Assembly: GCA_034189315.1 (NCBI GenBank)
Contig: JAXHVC010000012.1
Location: forward strand, 1 to 55,702
Direction: 5' to 3'
Length of the DNA: 55,702 nt
From: Chloroflexota bacterium
GTDB lineage: Bacteria; Chloroflexota; Dehalococcoidia; UBA2247; JAXHVC01
Part shown: positions 41,201 to 51,555 of the stretch, in pieces
How the letters are laid out: each line of letters begins with the position of its first letter
How positions within the stretch are numbered: position 1 is the stretch's first letter
The notes under the pieces: generated by a model
What the model was told of the DNA's origin: nothing
Databases searched by the model: none
The model's input: the letters and a program-made list of their open reading frames with translations, nothing else
Program-made: the position numbers and the translations under genes

Positions 41201-42372
41201 CCAAATTCAACTGGCTTCACGAATATCTCAACCCATGTCGCCTGTCCTGCTACTATCTGTAATGGCACAAAATATGTGTGAGGCTCAATCTTTCCATCCA
41301 TCTGAGCTGAAATGCTTTCCATAATCAGGCGCACATCACACTCTGTCATTATGTCAAGAATATAAGCTCTCTCTCCAGATAGTTCAGATAATATGTTTTT
41401 GCCTATAAGATTAGCATCTTCTAAACCAATAATCTCTTTTAGACGCTGATTTACAAACAACACCACACCATCTTGTGCCAATAGAACTCCATCATTACTC
41501 ATTTCTACCAGAGTAGCATACTTCTCTTCACTCTCTTTTAAAGCCCGTTCAACCTGTTTACGCTCTGTTATATCTCGGAATATCCCGATAGTATATAGAA
41601 ATACTCCATTATCTACTCTTGGTACAACACTACCCTCAACTATGATCTCTCTAGCATCTTTGGTAATAAAGGTAGTCTCAACATTTTCAAAGCTGGCACC
41701 ACATAAGATATCCTCAAATACTTTCTCGCAATGAGCCAGTTGCCAAGGTGCGATTACATCGGTAAACCTCAAATAGCATATCTCATCCCAAGTGTAACCG
41801 AGTGTATTCAACCATGCAGGATTAACATAGACGAATTCCCCCTCAGAATTCACACTCTGAATCATATCGCTAGTGGTTTCACAAAGAACTTGATAGAGAT
41901 GCTCACTTCCTTGAAAAGCGACTTCTTGATGGGCTAGCTTCTTTTGTGGATTCAAATCCTTAAACACCCTCTGAACTACCTGCAAAAGGCTGTCCACAAA
42001 TGTCTCGTCCCTCGCGACATAATCGAGGGCACCTAATTTCATCATATGCTCTATTACTTTCTCATCTCTATTGCTAATTACAACTACGAAAGGGACCTTA
42101 TGACGTCGTTCGCTAAATCTTATCATAAGTTCCTCTATTCTCATATCTGGAAGATTGTAGTCTGTTATAAGAAGTACTTCATCATCAATGATAGCTTCCT
42201 TTTCGGCTTCCCAACCAGTCGTTACATGGTTAACACAAAACCCCGCATACTCAAGTTCGTTCCTCGCCTTAATCCATAGTTCTATGTCATTGGCCCCCAC
42301 CAGAAGGCACCTCATATAACCAGTATTGTTTTTAGCCACACCGGATTTGTCCTTTTGAATTATTTGGGGCAT
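38287..42372 (-). CDS. Hybrid sensor histidine kinase: REC, multiple PAS domains, HisKA, HATPase
   Basis: N-terminal REC (ITDYNLPD), many PAS/PAC ends (RDITERK), H-box LGHDLKSPLTP, NLLSNSLKFT, DTGLG and GLGLSIC. Confidence 0.92.
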   Translation of the reverse strand: MPQIIQKDKSGVAKNNTGYMRCLLVGANDIELWIKARNELEYAGFCVNHVTTGWEAEKEAIIDDEVLLITDYNLPDMRIEELMIRFSERRHKVPFVVVISNRDEKVIEHMMKLGALDYVARDETFVDSLLQVVQRVFKDLNPQKKLAHQEVAFQGSEHLYQVLCETTSDMIQSVNSEGEFVYVNPAWLNTLGYTWDEICYLRFTDVIAPWQLAHCEKVFEDILCGASFENVETTFITKDAREIIVEGSVVPRVDNGVFLYTIGIFRDITERKQVERALKESEEKYATLVEMSNDGVLLAQDGVVLFVNQRLKEIIGLEDANLIGKNILSELSGERAYILDIMTECDVRLIMESISAQMDGKIEPHTYFVPLQIVAGQATWVEIFVKPVEFGGRLAVLALLRDVTDRKSFEESLQKRERYFRSLIEHSADGIVVIDSDGFIRYESLSYDQMLGQQHDGVVGRYAFEMVHPEDLPVVTEMFNWLRSGGTVPQNVEVRSLHSDGLWHWIEATISNYLDDPAIQGIVVNIRDITERKQTENELRKAATVLETMVDGVITMNMQGMITDINEGAVGQFGYKESEVIGQRPAEIFIVEEDRHVFTEQIVSVLRGEQSSSVEYTCRRKDGIEILVSTDISVVNDIHDNPVAIVAVNRDITKLKWTEEALVQQERYFRSLIENSSDGIIVVGERGNIRYQSPSYERTMGCNPDNVLASSIFELPIHPLDLPKVADIFSRMSSHNQFEESIEVRIQYGDGAWHWVEAVAVNYMRDTAIEGIVVSFRDITERKRAQEQLQMAEERYRTIFENSAAAIVVTDEDENIVSWNGLAEGLLGRADADIYMKPVSSLYPAEEWKKVKSEILRQDGVRHRLETKILSTDNNTVDVELSLSLLKSTDGRVTGSVGMLVDISERKQAEFALLESESGFKKAQELAHVGSWERNLKDGSFWISDELKRICGVKQNYYSEARCLIEMAVHPEDREMAAHTMKETSVGSSLQTFTYRVVRPTGETRWINATCPEVKRLDHLGRPRIIMGTIQDITERHQSEVEQVALLNALEEQNQIVTASHLELESALADVREAQEQLEGYTHDLSIKNLQLEATREELAALNQTLEQKVQERTAEVERLLKHKDVFIGQLGHDLKSPLTPLVTLLPIMKDREQDQRQRELFDVALINVKFMQDLVIKTLRLATLDSRTVKVSLEETSLLTLLSNTVEARRLVAVDRGIKLECAMQEDINVWADTVAIREVLDNLLSNSLKFTAEGGIITLDAKNDGDIVVVSIEDTGLGLNEEQLSHIFEEFYKADSSRHDLESQGLGLSICERIVKHHGGRIWAESPGLHQGSKFSFTLKIADAESQVGEYGLKDDGDQ

Positions 42373-42384
42373 CTGACATCTCTC

Positions 42385-45171
42385 CTACAGTACACTATGC
42401 ACATCTTCTTTACTCCACATAGTGCTACGTCCACTCAGATCCATCTTATCAGCAGGAGCCAATGCGTTCGGATCACCTGCTGATAGCGTGAAATAGAAGC
42501 AGGAGCCTTTACCCAATCCCAAACTCTCCACCCATATAGTCCCTCCGTGTTTTTCAACAATACGCTTACAGATAGATAATCCAAGACCAGTTGATCGTAA
42601 TTCCCCCCTCGATTCATCGGCTTTATAGAACTCATCAAAAACGTGAGACAGTTGCTCCTCATTCATTCCAATTCCAGTATCGTTCACAGAGACGCAAATA
42701 GAACCATTCTTTTGACTAGCTTTTATGGTGATGACACCATCTTTCTGCACGAATTTGAGGGCATTACCAACAAGGTTATCCACCACTTCCTGAAGCCCTA
42801 GTTTATCCGCCCTCACAACAAAATCCTGACCTACTTCATTTTCAATCACGACACCTTTTTCATTAGCAACAACATGTTTGCCACCTAGAACACTATTCAC
42901 CTCATGTAGTAAAGATAGGTCCTCAAGTTGCAGCGGCGAAGAAATCGAATCTAGTCTGGCCAACTTTAAGATCTTGATAACCAGGTCTTGCATGTATTCT
43001 GCGCTCTGAACCGCCACATCTAGCATTTCCTTCTGTTCATAATCCACCTCATGCCTCTTTACAATAGGAAGCAATGTTATGATTGGGGTTAGAGGACTCT
43101 TCAAATCATGTCCCAGCCGATGCAAGAGTTCCTCCTTCTGTTGCAGGAGCTGTTGAACTTCAGCAGTCCTTTCTTCAATCTTGTTCTCAAGATCTCTGTT
43201 CAATGCAGCAAGATCACTTTCTGCCACCTCAAGTTGCTGATTCTTTGAAGCAACGTCATCTGCAAATTGCTTGAGCATACTCTCTGTTGTTTTTCGTTCA
43301 GTAATATCCCTCACCATACCAATTACTTCAACAAGTTCTCCATTCCTCTTCAACGGAGTTACAGTGATCTCCACAGGGGCAGTGCGACCATCTTTTTTCA
43401 ACATCCTAGATTCAAAGTACTGGGTATCCCCCTCAATAGTATCCAAGAACTTTGCAATCATGAAGTCGTGCCGTTCCAAAGAAACAAGCTGTGATATAGG
43501 TAATCCTATAAGTTCTTCTAACGTATAACCACTTATTCTACATGCCTTTGGATTGGAATATGTGATAATCCCAGCCTTATCGATACTAAACAGGCCCTCT
43601 TCAATGTTATCGACAATCACACGTCGCTTTTCTTCTTCAGCCCCTATCTTTTCTTGAGTGATCCTTCGCTCGCTAATATCCCTAAGAAACAACACTTCCG
43701 CTGGTTCATCTTCATATTCGATACTAGTACTCACTACTTCCATAGGGATAAAGGAACCACCTTTCGCAACAACATCCATCTCCCACAGAGATGATTTCTC
43801 ATCTTCAATACAATGGTGCCTACATCTTTCCTCTTCGTTCTTTTGGAACTCAGGGGCGATCAATCTCTCAATGGGTTCCCCGTAAATATCCTCGACTGCA
43901 TAGCCTAGTATTCGCACCGCCTTCTCGTTGATATAGACAATTTTATGATCTTTTACTATGACAATTACATCGCTACAATTTTCAACTATCGCAGAATACT
44001 TCTCCTCCGACTTCTGCAATGATTCTTTGTCCTTTTTCTTATCTGTTATATCTTCCCCAGAGCTTAACGTACCAACTATGTTGTTTGACTGATCTCTTAG
44101 CACGGTATTGTGCCATGCAATAATCCTCTCATATCCGCAGGAAGTCAGAACAGGGTTTTCAAAATACTCAACTGGCTCAATCTCCCCCAACATAAGCTGA
44201 TGGAATACCTCCATGACACCATCTCTTATCCTCTCAGGCAGAAAATTCTCAAACCAATTCTTTCCAATGATCTCATCGATCCTATACCCAAGAACCTGGC
44301 AAGCCTTGCTATTAGCCTGTGTAACCTCTCCTTCATTACTTATGACAATGAACATCACACCCGCAACGTCGAGGTATCGCTGCGCTGTATTCATCTCCCT
44401 CAATAGCTCCAATTCTAACTGTCTTTGTTTGGTCATATCGGTACATATAGCAAAAAAACGGCGCTCGTCACCAGTATTCATCGTGCCTGCGCCGATCGAT
44501 ATTGGCATGGTATTGCCATTGGGATGGACATAGTCAATATCAAAGTCCCTGACAATACCATGATGCAAAAGCTGCTCAAGAGCTTCCATAATCCGTTCTA
44601 CATCGTAAATAGCCGCCCACTCCAACAAAGAGTGATTCAGGATCTCCTCCAAGAAATCCCGACCAGTGAGCCGTAGATATTCCATATTGGCTGCAACAAC
44701 ACGACCAGTATCGGTACATATGCATAATCCTGCGCTCATAGTTTCGGCAACAACTTGTAGAAGCTTTTGGTTCTGATCGAGTCTATCTACTTCATCAACG
44801 TCTCGTATAGCTTTTGCGTAGTGCATATACTGCATCATCCTCTTCACGTCTTTCGGCAATCGCTCGATAAAGCCAGGACTCTTAAGAATACAGGCCTCGA
44901 CCCCCATTCTCATAAGGTCAACAATCGTCCTTGGTTCTCCCTTATCTACCATGACCAGGGTAAAAGGTAAGCACTGACCCTCTCTGAGTGATTCAATTAA
45001 CTCCACAGCACTCAAATCGGCAAGGTGACAATCCAGTAGAAGTAACACACGATCATTCTCGGCCACCCTCGTAATGATGGACTCACCAGAGGCTTCACAG
45101 GAGACCTGAAAACCCTCTCCCTCCAGGACTTGTTTTACGTGAGAACCAAGTATCGCATCACCCGTGGCCAA
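42385..45171 (-). CDS. Hybrid sensor histidine kinase: REC, PAS domains, HisKA, HATPase (start possibly CTG at 45276)
   Basis: REC (LLDCHLAD), four PAS units, LGHDLKSPLTP, NLVGNALKF, DTGIG and GLGLSIC. The frame is open to CTG 45276, which follows AAGGAG. Confidence 0.9.
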   Translation of the reverse strand: MATGDAILGSHVKQVLEGEGFQVSCEASGESIITRVAENDRVLLLLDCHLADLSAVELIESLREGQCLPFTLVMVDKGEPRTIVDLMRMGVEACILKSPGFIERLPKDVKRMMQYMHYAKAIRDVDEVDRLDQNQKLLQVVAETMSAGLCICTDTGRVVAANMEYLRLTGRDFLEEILNHSLLEWAAIYDVERIMEALEQLLHHGIVRDFDIDYVHPNGNTMPISIGAGTMNTGDERRFFAICTDMTKQRQLELELLREMNTAQRYLDVAGVMFIVISNEGEVTQANSKACQVLGYRIDEIIGKNWFENFLPERIRDGVMEVFHQLMLGEIEPVEYFENPVLTSCGYERIIAWHNTVLRDQSNNIVGTLSSGEDITDKKKDKESLQKSEEKYSAIVENCSDVIVIVKDHKIVYINEKAVRILGYAVEDIYGEPIERLIAPEFQKNEEERCRHHCIEDEKSSLWEMDVVAKGGSFIPMEVVSTSIEYEDEPAEVLFLRDISERRITQEKIGAEEEKRRVIVDNIEEGLFSIDKAGIITYSNPKACRISGYTLEELIGLPISQLVSLERHDFMIAKFLDTIEGDTQYFESRMLKKDGRTAPVEITVTPLKRNGELVEVIGMVRDITERKTTESMLKQFADDVASKNQQLEVAESDLAALNRDLENKIEERTAEVQQLLQQKEELLHRLGHDLKSPLTPIITLLPIVKRHEVDYEQKEMLDVAVQSAEYMQDLVIKILKLARLDSISSPLQLEDLSLLHEVNSVLGGKHVVANEKGVVIENEVGQDFVVRADKLGLQEVVDNLVGNALKFVQKDGVITIKASQKNGSICVSVNDTGIGMNEEQLSHVFDEFYKADESRGELRSTGLGLSICKRIVEKHGGTIWVESLGLGKGSCFYFTLSAGDPNALAPADKMDLSGRSTMWSKEDVHSVL

Positions 45172-45292
45172 TATTACTTTGGTGCTGCTCGGAGAATCTT
45201 CACAGATGGTTCTGCAACAACCATCATAAGTGGAATCAGTTCCTACCTCGTTTAAAGGATCGCAATTGTATAACAGTTTCTAGTCTCCTTTT

Positions 45293-48280
45293 CTATCCTA
45301 GAACATCCATGCGCTTCGCGCGCCCTTTGATTTTATTACCACCACGACAACTGCCATTATCCTTCGCGGTGCCCCTAACTTGGTTATCCGCCAACTTAAG
45401 TGTAAAAACAACTTTTGTACCTTTCCCAATCCCTTCACTCTCAGCCCAAATACTGCCCTCATGCCTTTGAATAATCCTTTCACATATTGAGAGTCCCAAT
45501 CCCTGTGATAGTAGATCGTGCCTTGATTGATCGGCTTTGTAAAACTCCTCAAATATGTGAGGAATTTGCTCCTCGTCTATACCAATACCAGTATCCGAGA
45601 TCGAAACTATGGCAAATGGTTCTTCCTTCTTGACATGGAAATTGACCACGCCTCCTTTGGGTGTAAACTTAAGAGCATTATCAAGCACATGCTGAAGGAC
45701 TTCGTTTATTGCACACGGATCACTACAAACAATGACATCCTCCTCCACACAACTTTCAATCTTGATCCCTAGTTGCTCTGCTTTCTGCTCGTTACCTCGT
45801 GTGATAGTATTCAATTGTGAAAGCAAGCTGACTTCCTCTCTTATTTCAAACGTATCCTCCTCGTCCAAACTAGAAAGGCGCAAAGCTTTGCTAACCAATC
45901 CCTGCATCACACTAACATTTATTAGAATCACATCAAGGATTTCTTTATCCCTAGCATCCATAGCTTTACTTTTCATCATTGGCAATAACGCAACAAGTGG
46001 TGTCAAAGGACTTTTAAGATCGTGTCCCATATGGCCTATGAATGCATTCTTGTGTCTAAGCAGCCTTTCTACCTCAGCTGTCCTCTCCTGCACCCTTTGT
46101 TCAAGGGTGTCATTCATCAATGCGAGTTCCTCTCGCACTGCTTCGAGTTGTGTATTCTTTGCAGCTAAATCATGGGTATAGTCCTGTAACTTCTCGCGTG
46201 ACTGTTCGACCTCGGCTAAGGCCTTTTGTAATTCAAGGTGGGATGAAGTGACAATCTTATTCTGTTCCTCCATCGCCCTCATCATGTCTCGCTGCTCCCT
46301 CTCGATCGTATTGCGTACCGTTATGTCTCTAATGATGACAATCATACCCTCTGGATTGCCTAATCTATCGTACAAAGGAGAGCCACTTGCTTCTCCTGGG
46401 AACACTTTTCCATGACAATCAATAAACGCATATTCCCTGGAACTACTGTCCCCAGAAAGCGCAAACTGTTTATGTTCTAGAATTGTGGCTAAGTTTTTAC
46501 TATCGATCAGTTTCGATATATGCTCTCCCAATATATCTGTTTTTATTTGGTATCCAAACATATGAACAAACGACTCATTAACATCTATTATGTTGCCTTC
46601 TAAATCCAAGATACCGATTCCATCAGCAATAGTCTCGACTATCCCACGTAGTTTCTCTTCACTAGACTGTACACGTTCTTCCACTCGCTTTAGCCTAGTG
46701 GTATCATATAAGTTAATCACAATACCCCCTACTACAGCATCATCAAGATAACTACAACAGACAGCCTCGACCCAATGACAAGAATCGTCTGTGTCGTACA
46801 ATCTAATTCTAATGATCTCATTAGAAGACTCTCTCGAGATTAGACGATCAATACACGCAATTGCTATGTCAACATCATCAGTATGCACTCGATTGGAAAT
46901 AACCGTCATTATGTGATCACCAGACCTATATCCTAAAAGCTTATCTACTGCAGGACTGTGATAGCGTATGAATCCATCCACATCCACCACGATTATTCCA
47001 TTCGAAAGGTTCTCTATTAGTGAACTGAAATATCGTCCCTGTTCTCGTAGCACATTGTCAGCCTGATTCTCATCTGTTATATCTCGTCCAACACCAGTCA
47101 AACCTACAATATTTCCCTCTAAATCCCTCACTGGTGCCCCACTGAATTGGCAAGGCACCATCTGACCATCCTTGGTGCAAAGGTTAGCCCGTATATCAAA
47201 CCGCTCTACTACTAAGGCACTCATTAGAGAAGCATCGACAAACGGTCGGTCCTTTTCATCAAATAAATCTAATATCGACCTGCACTCCAATTCCTCAGAC
47301 GAGAATCCACTAATTGATTCCAATCTCCTATTCCACTCTACCAACCGTAGATCTCGATCGATGGTACATAGCACATCGGAGATTGTATCCTTGAGTATCT
47401 TGTGTTTCTCTGCGACACGAAAAGTGGAACCCGCTTCTTTTATAGCTTCAGTGACGTCCCGTAGTGTCCCAATCACCACTAATTGTGAACCATCACCCAA
47501 TGTGGGCACTTCTTCTACAGGCAACGTTCGTACCCAACGCACTTCACCATCTGGCCTAATAATCCGGTAGGTGATTCCAATATCAGAACTAAAAAGGATG
47601 TTGTCTACCTCATTTAGAACCATTTGCATATCATCAGGATGTACTGTCTTCTCTATCATCTCGTGAATACTATGAAAGGAATGATTCGGTGGCAAACCGT
47701 ATATACGATATATCTCATCAGAGCACTCGAAGGAACCACTGGTAAGATTCCATTCCCAACTACCTGTACTTGAAATCCTCTGTGCCGTTTTAAGCCACTC
47801 TTCGCTACGGCGTAGCTTGGTCTCGATCTCTGCGAGTTTGTTCTTAGCATCAACTTGCTCAATCATTCTAAACAATACTTGTGGTAACCGATTGATAAAA
47901 CCGGAGTCCTTTGTCATAAATCCCTGAGCACCAAGCCTCATCATATCCATGAAGACCTGTTCATCACTGTGACCTGTTAATACCATAAATGGCATAGATT
48001 GTAGTTGATTATTCAATTTCCAGACCAGTTCTTTGGCTGTCATGTCCGGTAACTGATAATCCAGAATGGCCAACATATCTCTATTCTCCAATTCAGAGGC
48101 CTTCTGGATGGCTTCAGCCCCAGCTGTTGCACAGTCCACATAGAAACCGGCTTTCTCAAGCCTCATTCTGAGTAATGAACACAGTTCCTCATCATCTTCT
48201 ACCACAAGAATGGTTGTACCGGTCTTGGGATTTTGTTTTCGCTCAACTTTTTGCCTTATTTCTGCTGTCGTATTCAACAT
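45293..48280 (-). CDS. Hybrid sensor histidine kinase: REC, PAS domains, HisKA, HATPase
   Basis: ILVVEDD, ILDYQLPD, LTG, PAS units, MGHDLKSPLTP, DNALKFT and GLGLSIC. Confidence 0.92.
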   Translation of the reverse strand: MLNTTAEIRQKVERKQNPKTGTTILVVEDDEELCSLLRMRLEKAGFYVDCATAGAEAIQKASELENRDMLAILDYQLPDMTAKELVWKLNNQLQSMPFMVLTGHSDEQVFMDMMRLGAQGFMTKDSGFINRLPQVLFRMIEQVDAKNKLAEIETKLRRSEEWLKTAQRISSTGSWEWNLTSGSFECSDEIYRIYGLPPNHSFHSIHEMIEKTVHPDDMQMVLNEVDNILFSSDIGITYRIIRPDGEVRWVRTLPVEEVPTLGDGSQLVVIGTLRDVTEAIKEAGSTFRVAEKHKILKDTISDVLCTIDRDLRLVEWNRRLESISGFSSEELECRSILDLFDEKDRPFVDASLMSALVVERFDIRANLCTKDGQMVPCQFSGAPVRDLEGNIVGLTGVGRDITDENQADNVLREQGRYFSSLIENLSNGIIVVDVDGFIRYHSPAVDKLLGYRSGDHIMTVISNRVHTDDVDIAIACIDRLISRESSNEIIRIRLYDTDDSCHWVEAVCCSYLDDAVVGGIVINLYDTTRLKRVEERVQSSEEKLRGIVETIADGIGILDLEGNIIDVNESFVHMFGYQIKTDILGEHISKLIDSKNLATILEHKQFALSGDSSSREYAFIDCHGKVFPGEASGSPLYDRLGNPEGMIVIIRDITVRNTIEREQRDMMRAMEEQNKIVTSSHLELQKALAEVEQSREKLQDYTHDLAAKNTQLEAVREELALMNDTLEQRVQERTAEVERLLRHKNAFIGHMGHDLKSPLTPLVALLPMMKSKAMDARDKEILDVILINVSVMQGLVSKALRLSSLDEEDTFEIREEVSLLSQLNTITRGNEQKAEQLGIKIESCVEEDVIVCSDPCAINEVLQHVLDNALKFTPKGGVVNFHVKKEEPFAIVSISDTGIGIDEEQIPHIFEEFYKADQSRHDLLSQGLGLSICERIIQRHEGSIWAESEGIGKGTKVVFTLKLADNQVRGTAKDNGSCRGGNKIKGRAKRMDVLG

Positions 48281-48573
48281 AATCTAGTTTCACTCCATCC
48301 CATCGAATAGTGAGATACTAAGAGACTCTCCCCAACTAACATACAAAAACCAACCCGCCTTAAGTATATTACGTAATAGGTTAAGGTAATGGTGAATAAT
48401 GGTAATGAAATGGTCAATCAACGGTTAATTTGAAGTAAGAAATATGATGTTATATTGCCCATGTTAAGGCAAAGTCGAAGGTGAATCGCTCCGGGAGTGA
48501 TTTATACAAGAGGAATGAGTCGAGTTCACATATGAACAGCGTTTCAAGTATTCGGTTGAGAAGTCTTCTATAT

Positions 48574-48620
48574 TTATTAAGACAAAGGGGTGATCATAGC
48601 TCACCCCTTTGTCTTAATAA
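48574..48620. terminator. Perfect 20-bp stem hairpin, probable terminator of the lipoprotein gene
   Basis: TTATTAAGACAAAGGGGTGA-TCATAGC-TCACCCCTTTGTCTTAATAA. Confidence 0.7.
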
Positions 48621-48699
48621 TTCTCGATATTTACAGAACGCTATGACCTGGAAGGGCCTGTTCTGTCAATCCGCTAGCATATGAACTAAGCACATCAGT

Positions 48700-49542
48700 C
48701 TAAGAACCATATACATACTGAGTTGGGTCTATTTTCTCCATGCCAGATGGAACCTCGAACATACTGTCAGGAATATCGCCAAACTCAAAATCATTACACT
48801 CAAAAACGGACCGAAGCACGCCATCTACCCTTGTCTCAGATCTGAGAGGAAGGCCATAAAGCTTCCATATCCACATTTTGACAGTTACGCGATCCCCGTC
48901 CTGATAGGTATCATATTGGATCACCCTGCAATCTTTGCCATCCCTTATCTCAGAGCCTATAACCACGATATCATATTCTTCAAGGCTCTCGGCCTCATCG
49001 ATAACAGTTTTTTCCACCTTATTCAAATCAAGCATTGTATAGTAGTCTTGACCCTCCAAATACGTATAGGCAACCATCTGATCCATATACACAAGAGTTA
49101 CAAAGGTCCCCTCTGGGGAGAACGTTTCTAACCTCTTATTTGATCCCTCTAGCCACTGTGTAGATTCAAGTGAACCCTGTTCGCTCGTGGCCACCATATC
49201 ATATTTAACACTATCCACTCCAGTTACACGCCCCAGGATTTCTTCAATTGTTTCCTCATCTGAGGCTCCATTATCGGTATCAATATCTCCGTTATCTCCG
49301 TTATCTCCGGTATCTACCTCATGTCCATCTTGACTACTATCAACATCATCCTCATCATCGACTTCTCCATCATCACTATCACTTATGCTATCACCACCCT
49401 CATCATTCTGGTGGTTTTCAGCAGCCTCACCACTACCATTTTCCTCAGTTGAGTCATCACCTCCACATCCAGTAAGCAGAACCAATGATGCAAACATACA
49501 CATAATTACCAGTATACTCAACACCAATCTAAACCTGATCAT
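48700..49542 (-). CDS. Lipoprotein with acidic linker and LolA-like/DUF4412-type C-terminal domain
   Basis: Signal peptide with lipobox LTGC, D/E-rich low-complexity stretch, and G.E..DGK.C.VI.Y...KMWIW..YGLPLR.E...IPDS.F..P. Confidence 0.7.
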   Translation of the reverse strand: MIRFRLVLSILVIMCMFASLVLLTGCGGDDSTEENGSGEAAENHQNDEGGDSISDSDDGEVDDEDDVDSSQDGHEVDTGDNGDNGDIDTDNGASDEETIEEILGRVTGVDSVKYDMVATSEQGSLESTQWLEGSNKRLETFSPEGTFVTLVYMDQMVAYTYLEGQDYYTMLDLNKVEKTVIDEAESLEEYDIVVIGSEIRDGKDCRVIQYDTYQDGDRVTVKMWIWKLYGLPLRSETRVDGVLRSVFECNDFEFGDIPDSMFEVPSGMEKIDPTQYVYGS

Positions 49543-50037
49543 TCTCTATAAATACCTTTCTAGGCCATAACATATTTGTTCAATGACAATCCCATTACAC
49601 AGATTATTATGACACACCTCACATCATTTCGAATGATAGAAGCGATCATCTGAGTCCCCACTAGTACATCTCCTTACCAATATCACTAAACCAATTGATA
49701 ATACTCTAGATCACATCTATCATCTGGTATTTCAACGAAGCTAATACAGCCTCGTATAAATTCTAGCTCACCACCTGAATTAATCATCCACCAACATTGA
49801 AATCGCTGTTTAGAATCCTTAATCACCTGCGGGATAAGGACTACCGAGGCTTTAAATTAGGGCATCAATTGATAGCTATAACCTACGTGTAATCGATCCC
49901 ATACATGAACTGATGGATGATTGAGGGACATATATGTTACTCGCTAACAATCCAACATCACAACAATCACTACTTGCACACTCACTCGATATGTTGGTTG
50001 TAATTAACATAGAAAGCATATCGAAAATTATATCCGT

Positions 50038-50337
50038 TTAACGAGAAATGGAAGAAATCTCGTCAAAGATTTGTATTTCGGGTGATCCATCCATCCAATC
50101 ACCAGACTTTGCAAAGAAATCCTGTAGATAGGGAGTGGTACTATGATGCTGAAAAGCAGCTGCATCCCTATACTTTTCATAGAAGACAAACACAGTGGGA
50201 TCTATCTGCGACCTATGAAATGAATAGGCTAGAGTCCCTTCTTCATCCTGAACTTTAGCTACCATGTCGCGTCCGGCTTGTTCCATCTCAGACTCTTTAC
50301 CAGATTTAACTTTCAATTTAGCAAATACTATCATCAC
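50038..50337 (-). CDS. ABM/putative quinol monooxygenase family protein
   Basis: AKLKVK.GK, EEGTL.Y, F.FYEKY.D.AA...H..TPY pattern. AGGAGG RBS. Confidence 0.85.
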   Translation of the reverse strand: MMIVFAKLKVKSGKESEMEQAGRDMVAKVQDEEGTLAYSFHRSQIDPTVFVFYEKYRDAAAFQHHSTTPYLQDFFAKSGDWMDGSPEIQIFDEISSISR

Positions 50338-50561
50338 ATATCCTCCTATCCGTTCTGTATATGGATAACACCCACATCAATTAGATCGAATGAATATAAT
50401 AACAGTTACTCAGTCATTTTTCGAGGTTTCAAACAAATACAGAGATATGTCACCCCAGACTATTGTTTATGGTTGACTGAACCATGTAAGGATGATATAT
50501 TCCCGTTAATATTTATCGGGTTTCGTGAAAGCCCTATTCAATAAAGGAGGCCAAAGAAAGA

Positions 50562-51095
50562 ATGAATAGAGTAGTTGGTATCATTGCAACGGTATTGGGA
50601 GTGGCGACCCTTGTACTCGGAATTTTCTTTATACTAATGGCAGGTAATATTCGTAACGAGGTTGTCGACACGATTGCTGAAGAGGGATTCCCCGTACTGA
50701 CATATAGTGAAGAAATGGGCTATCCCTATCTTAGTGTCGACGATGAATTCATAAATACCTCTGAAAAAATTGAAGCCGCTGCTGACGAACTGAAGAAAGC
50801 CAGGCATGCAATTGTGGATGCACCGGTAGGATCTGCAGGTTTCTTAGAGCTCTTTGGCCCTTCAACAATACCAATGCTCGAATCTAATCCGCAGATTCCA
50901 GAAGAATTGCGACCAGAAGTTGATACCTTACAGCTCCACGAATACTCCGCAATTCTGTCATTTGAGATGGCATTAGGCGCAGCTGAAAGCGGTTTGGCTC
51001 TAGCAAGCCTCGTACAATACATTGGGTTCGCATTGGCTGTTATAGGCATTGGCCTAATGGCTGCTGGTACAGTTGGCATATTATCTAAAGATTGA
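50562..51095 (+). CDS. Two-TM membrane protein of unknown function
   Basis: AAGGAGG RBS. N- and C-terminal hydrophobic helices flank an acidic loop. Confidence 0.7.
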   Translation: MNRVVGIIATVLGVATLVLGIFFILMAGNIRNEVVDTIAEEGFPVLTYSEEMGYPYLSVDDEFINTSEKIEAAADELKKARHAIVDAPVGSAGFLELFGPSTIPMLESNPQIPEELRPEVDTLQLHEYSAILSFEMALGAAESGLALASLVQYIGFALAVIGIGLMAAGTVGILSKD

Positions 51096-51113
51096 TAACA
51101 AAAGTAGTGTCAA

Positions 51114-51155
51114 AGGGCTCCCCCATGGAATGTTGGTTCATGGGGAGCTCTTTTT
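51114..51155 (+). terminator. Intrinsic terminator
   Basis: GGGCTCCCCCATG...CATGGGGAGCTC followed by TTTTT, just after the stop at 51095. Confidence 0.7.
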
Positions 51156-51555
51156 CTAGCGCGCCTCCTCCATGGAAATCATTGCTCAAGTATCTTTCCT
51201 AGCGCCCAAAACTGGACAACAATCTTTTTTTTAGTTAGCATAACTTATATTATTTTTAACTATATTAATTTGATTTACATATATAGCCACTATCGATTCC
51301 TTGAAGGATACATTATCGTGTATAAATCCAATGACAATCCATGGGATATCCAACAGAACTGAAATCTCTCGACTCTTACTGTTAGTATCATGAGGTGACA
51401 AGAGGATCGTATTACACAACGCCAGTTAAGCAACATACTGGATTCGTCCTACCAAGGCTACAGGCGATCCTACACCAGGTTCCATAGAGAGGAGTGATAT
51501 GGTAGATAAAGGGCGAGGGTCAAATCTTACCTTCGATCGGAGGGGGAAGAGAGAC

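Noticed and set aside
49284-49320. Short tandem repeat (ATCTCCGTT)x2-3
   Set aside because: It encodes the low-complexity GDNGDNGD linker of the lipoprotein, so it is not a CRISPR or a regulatory repeat.
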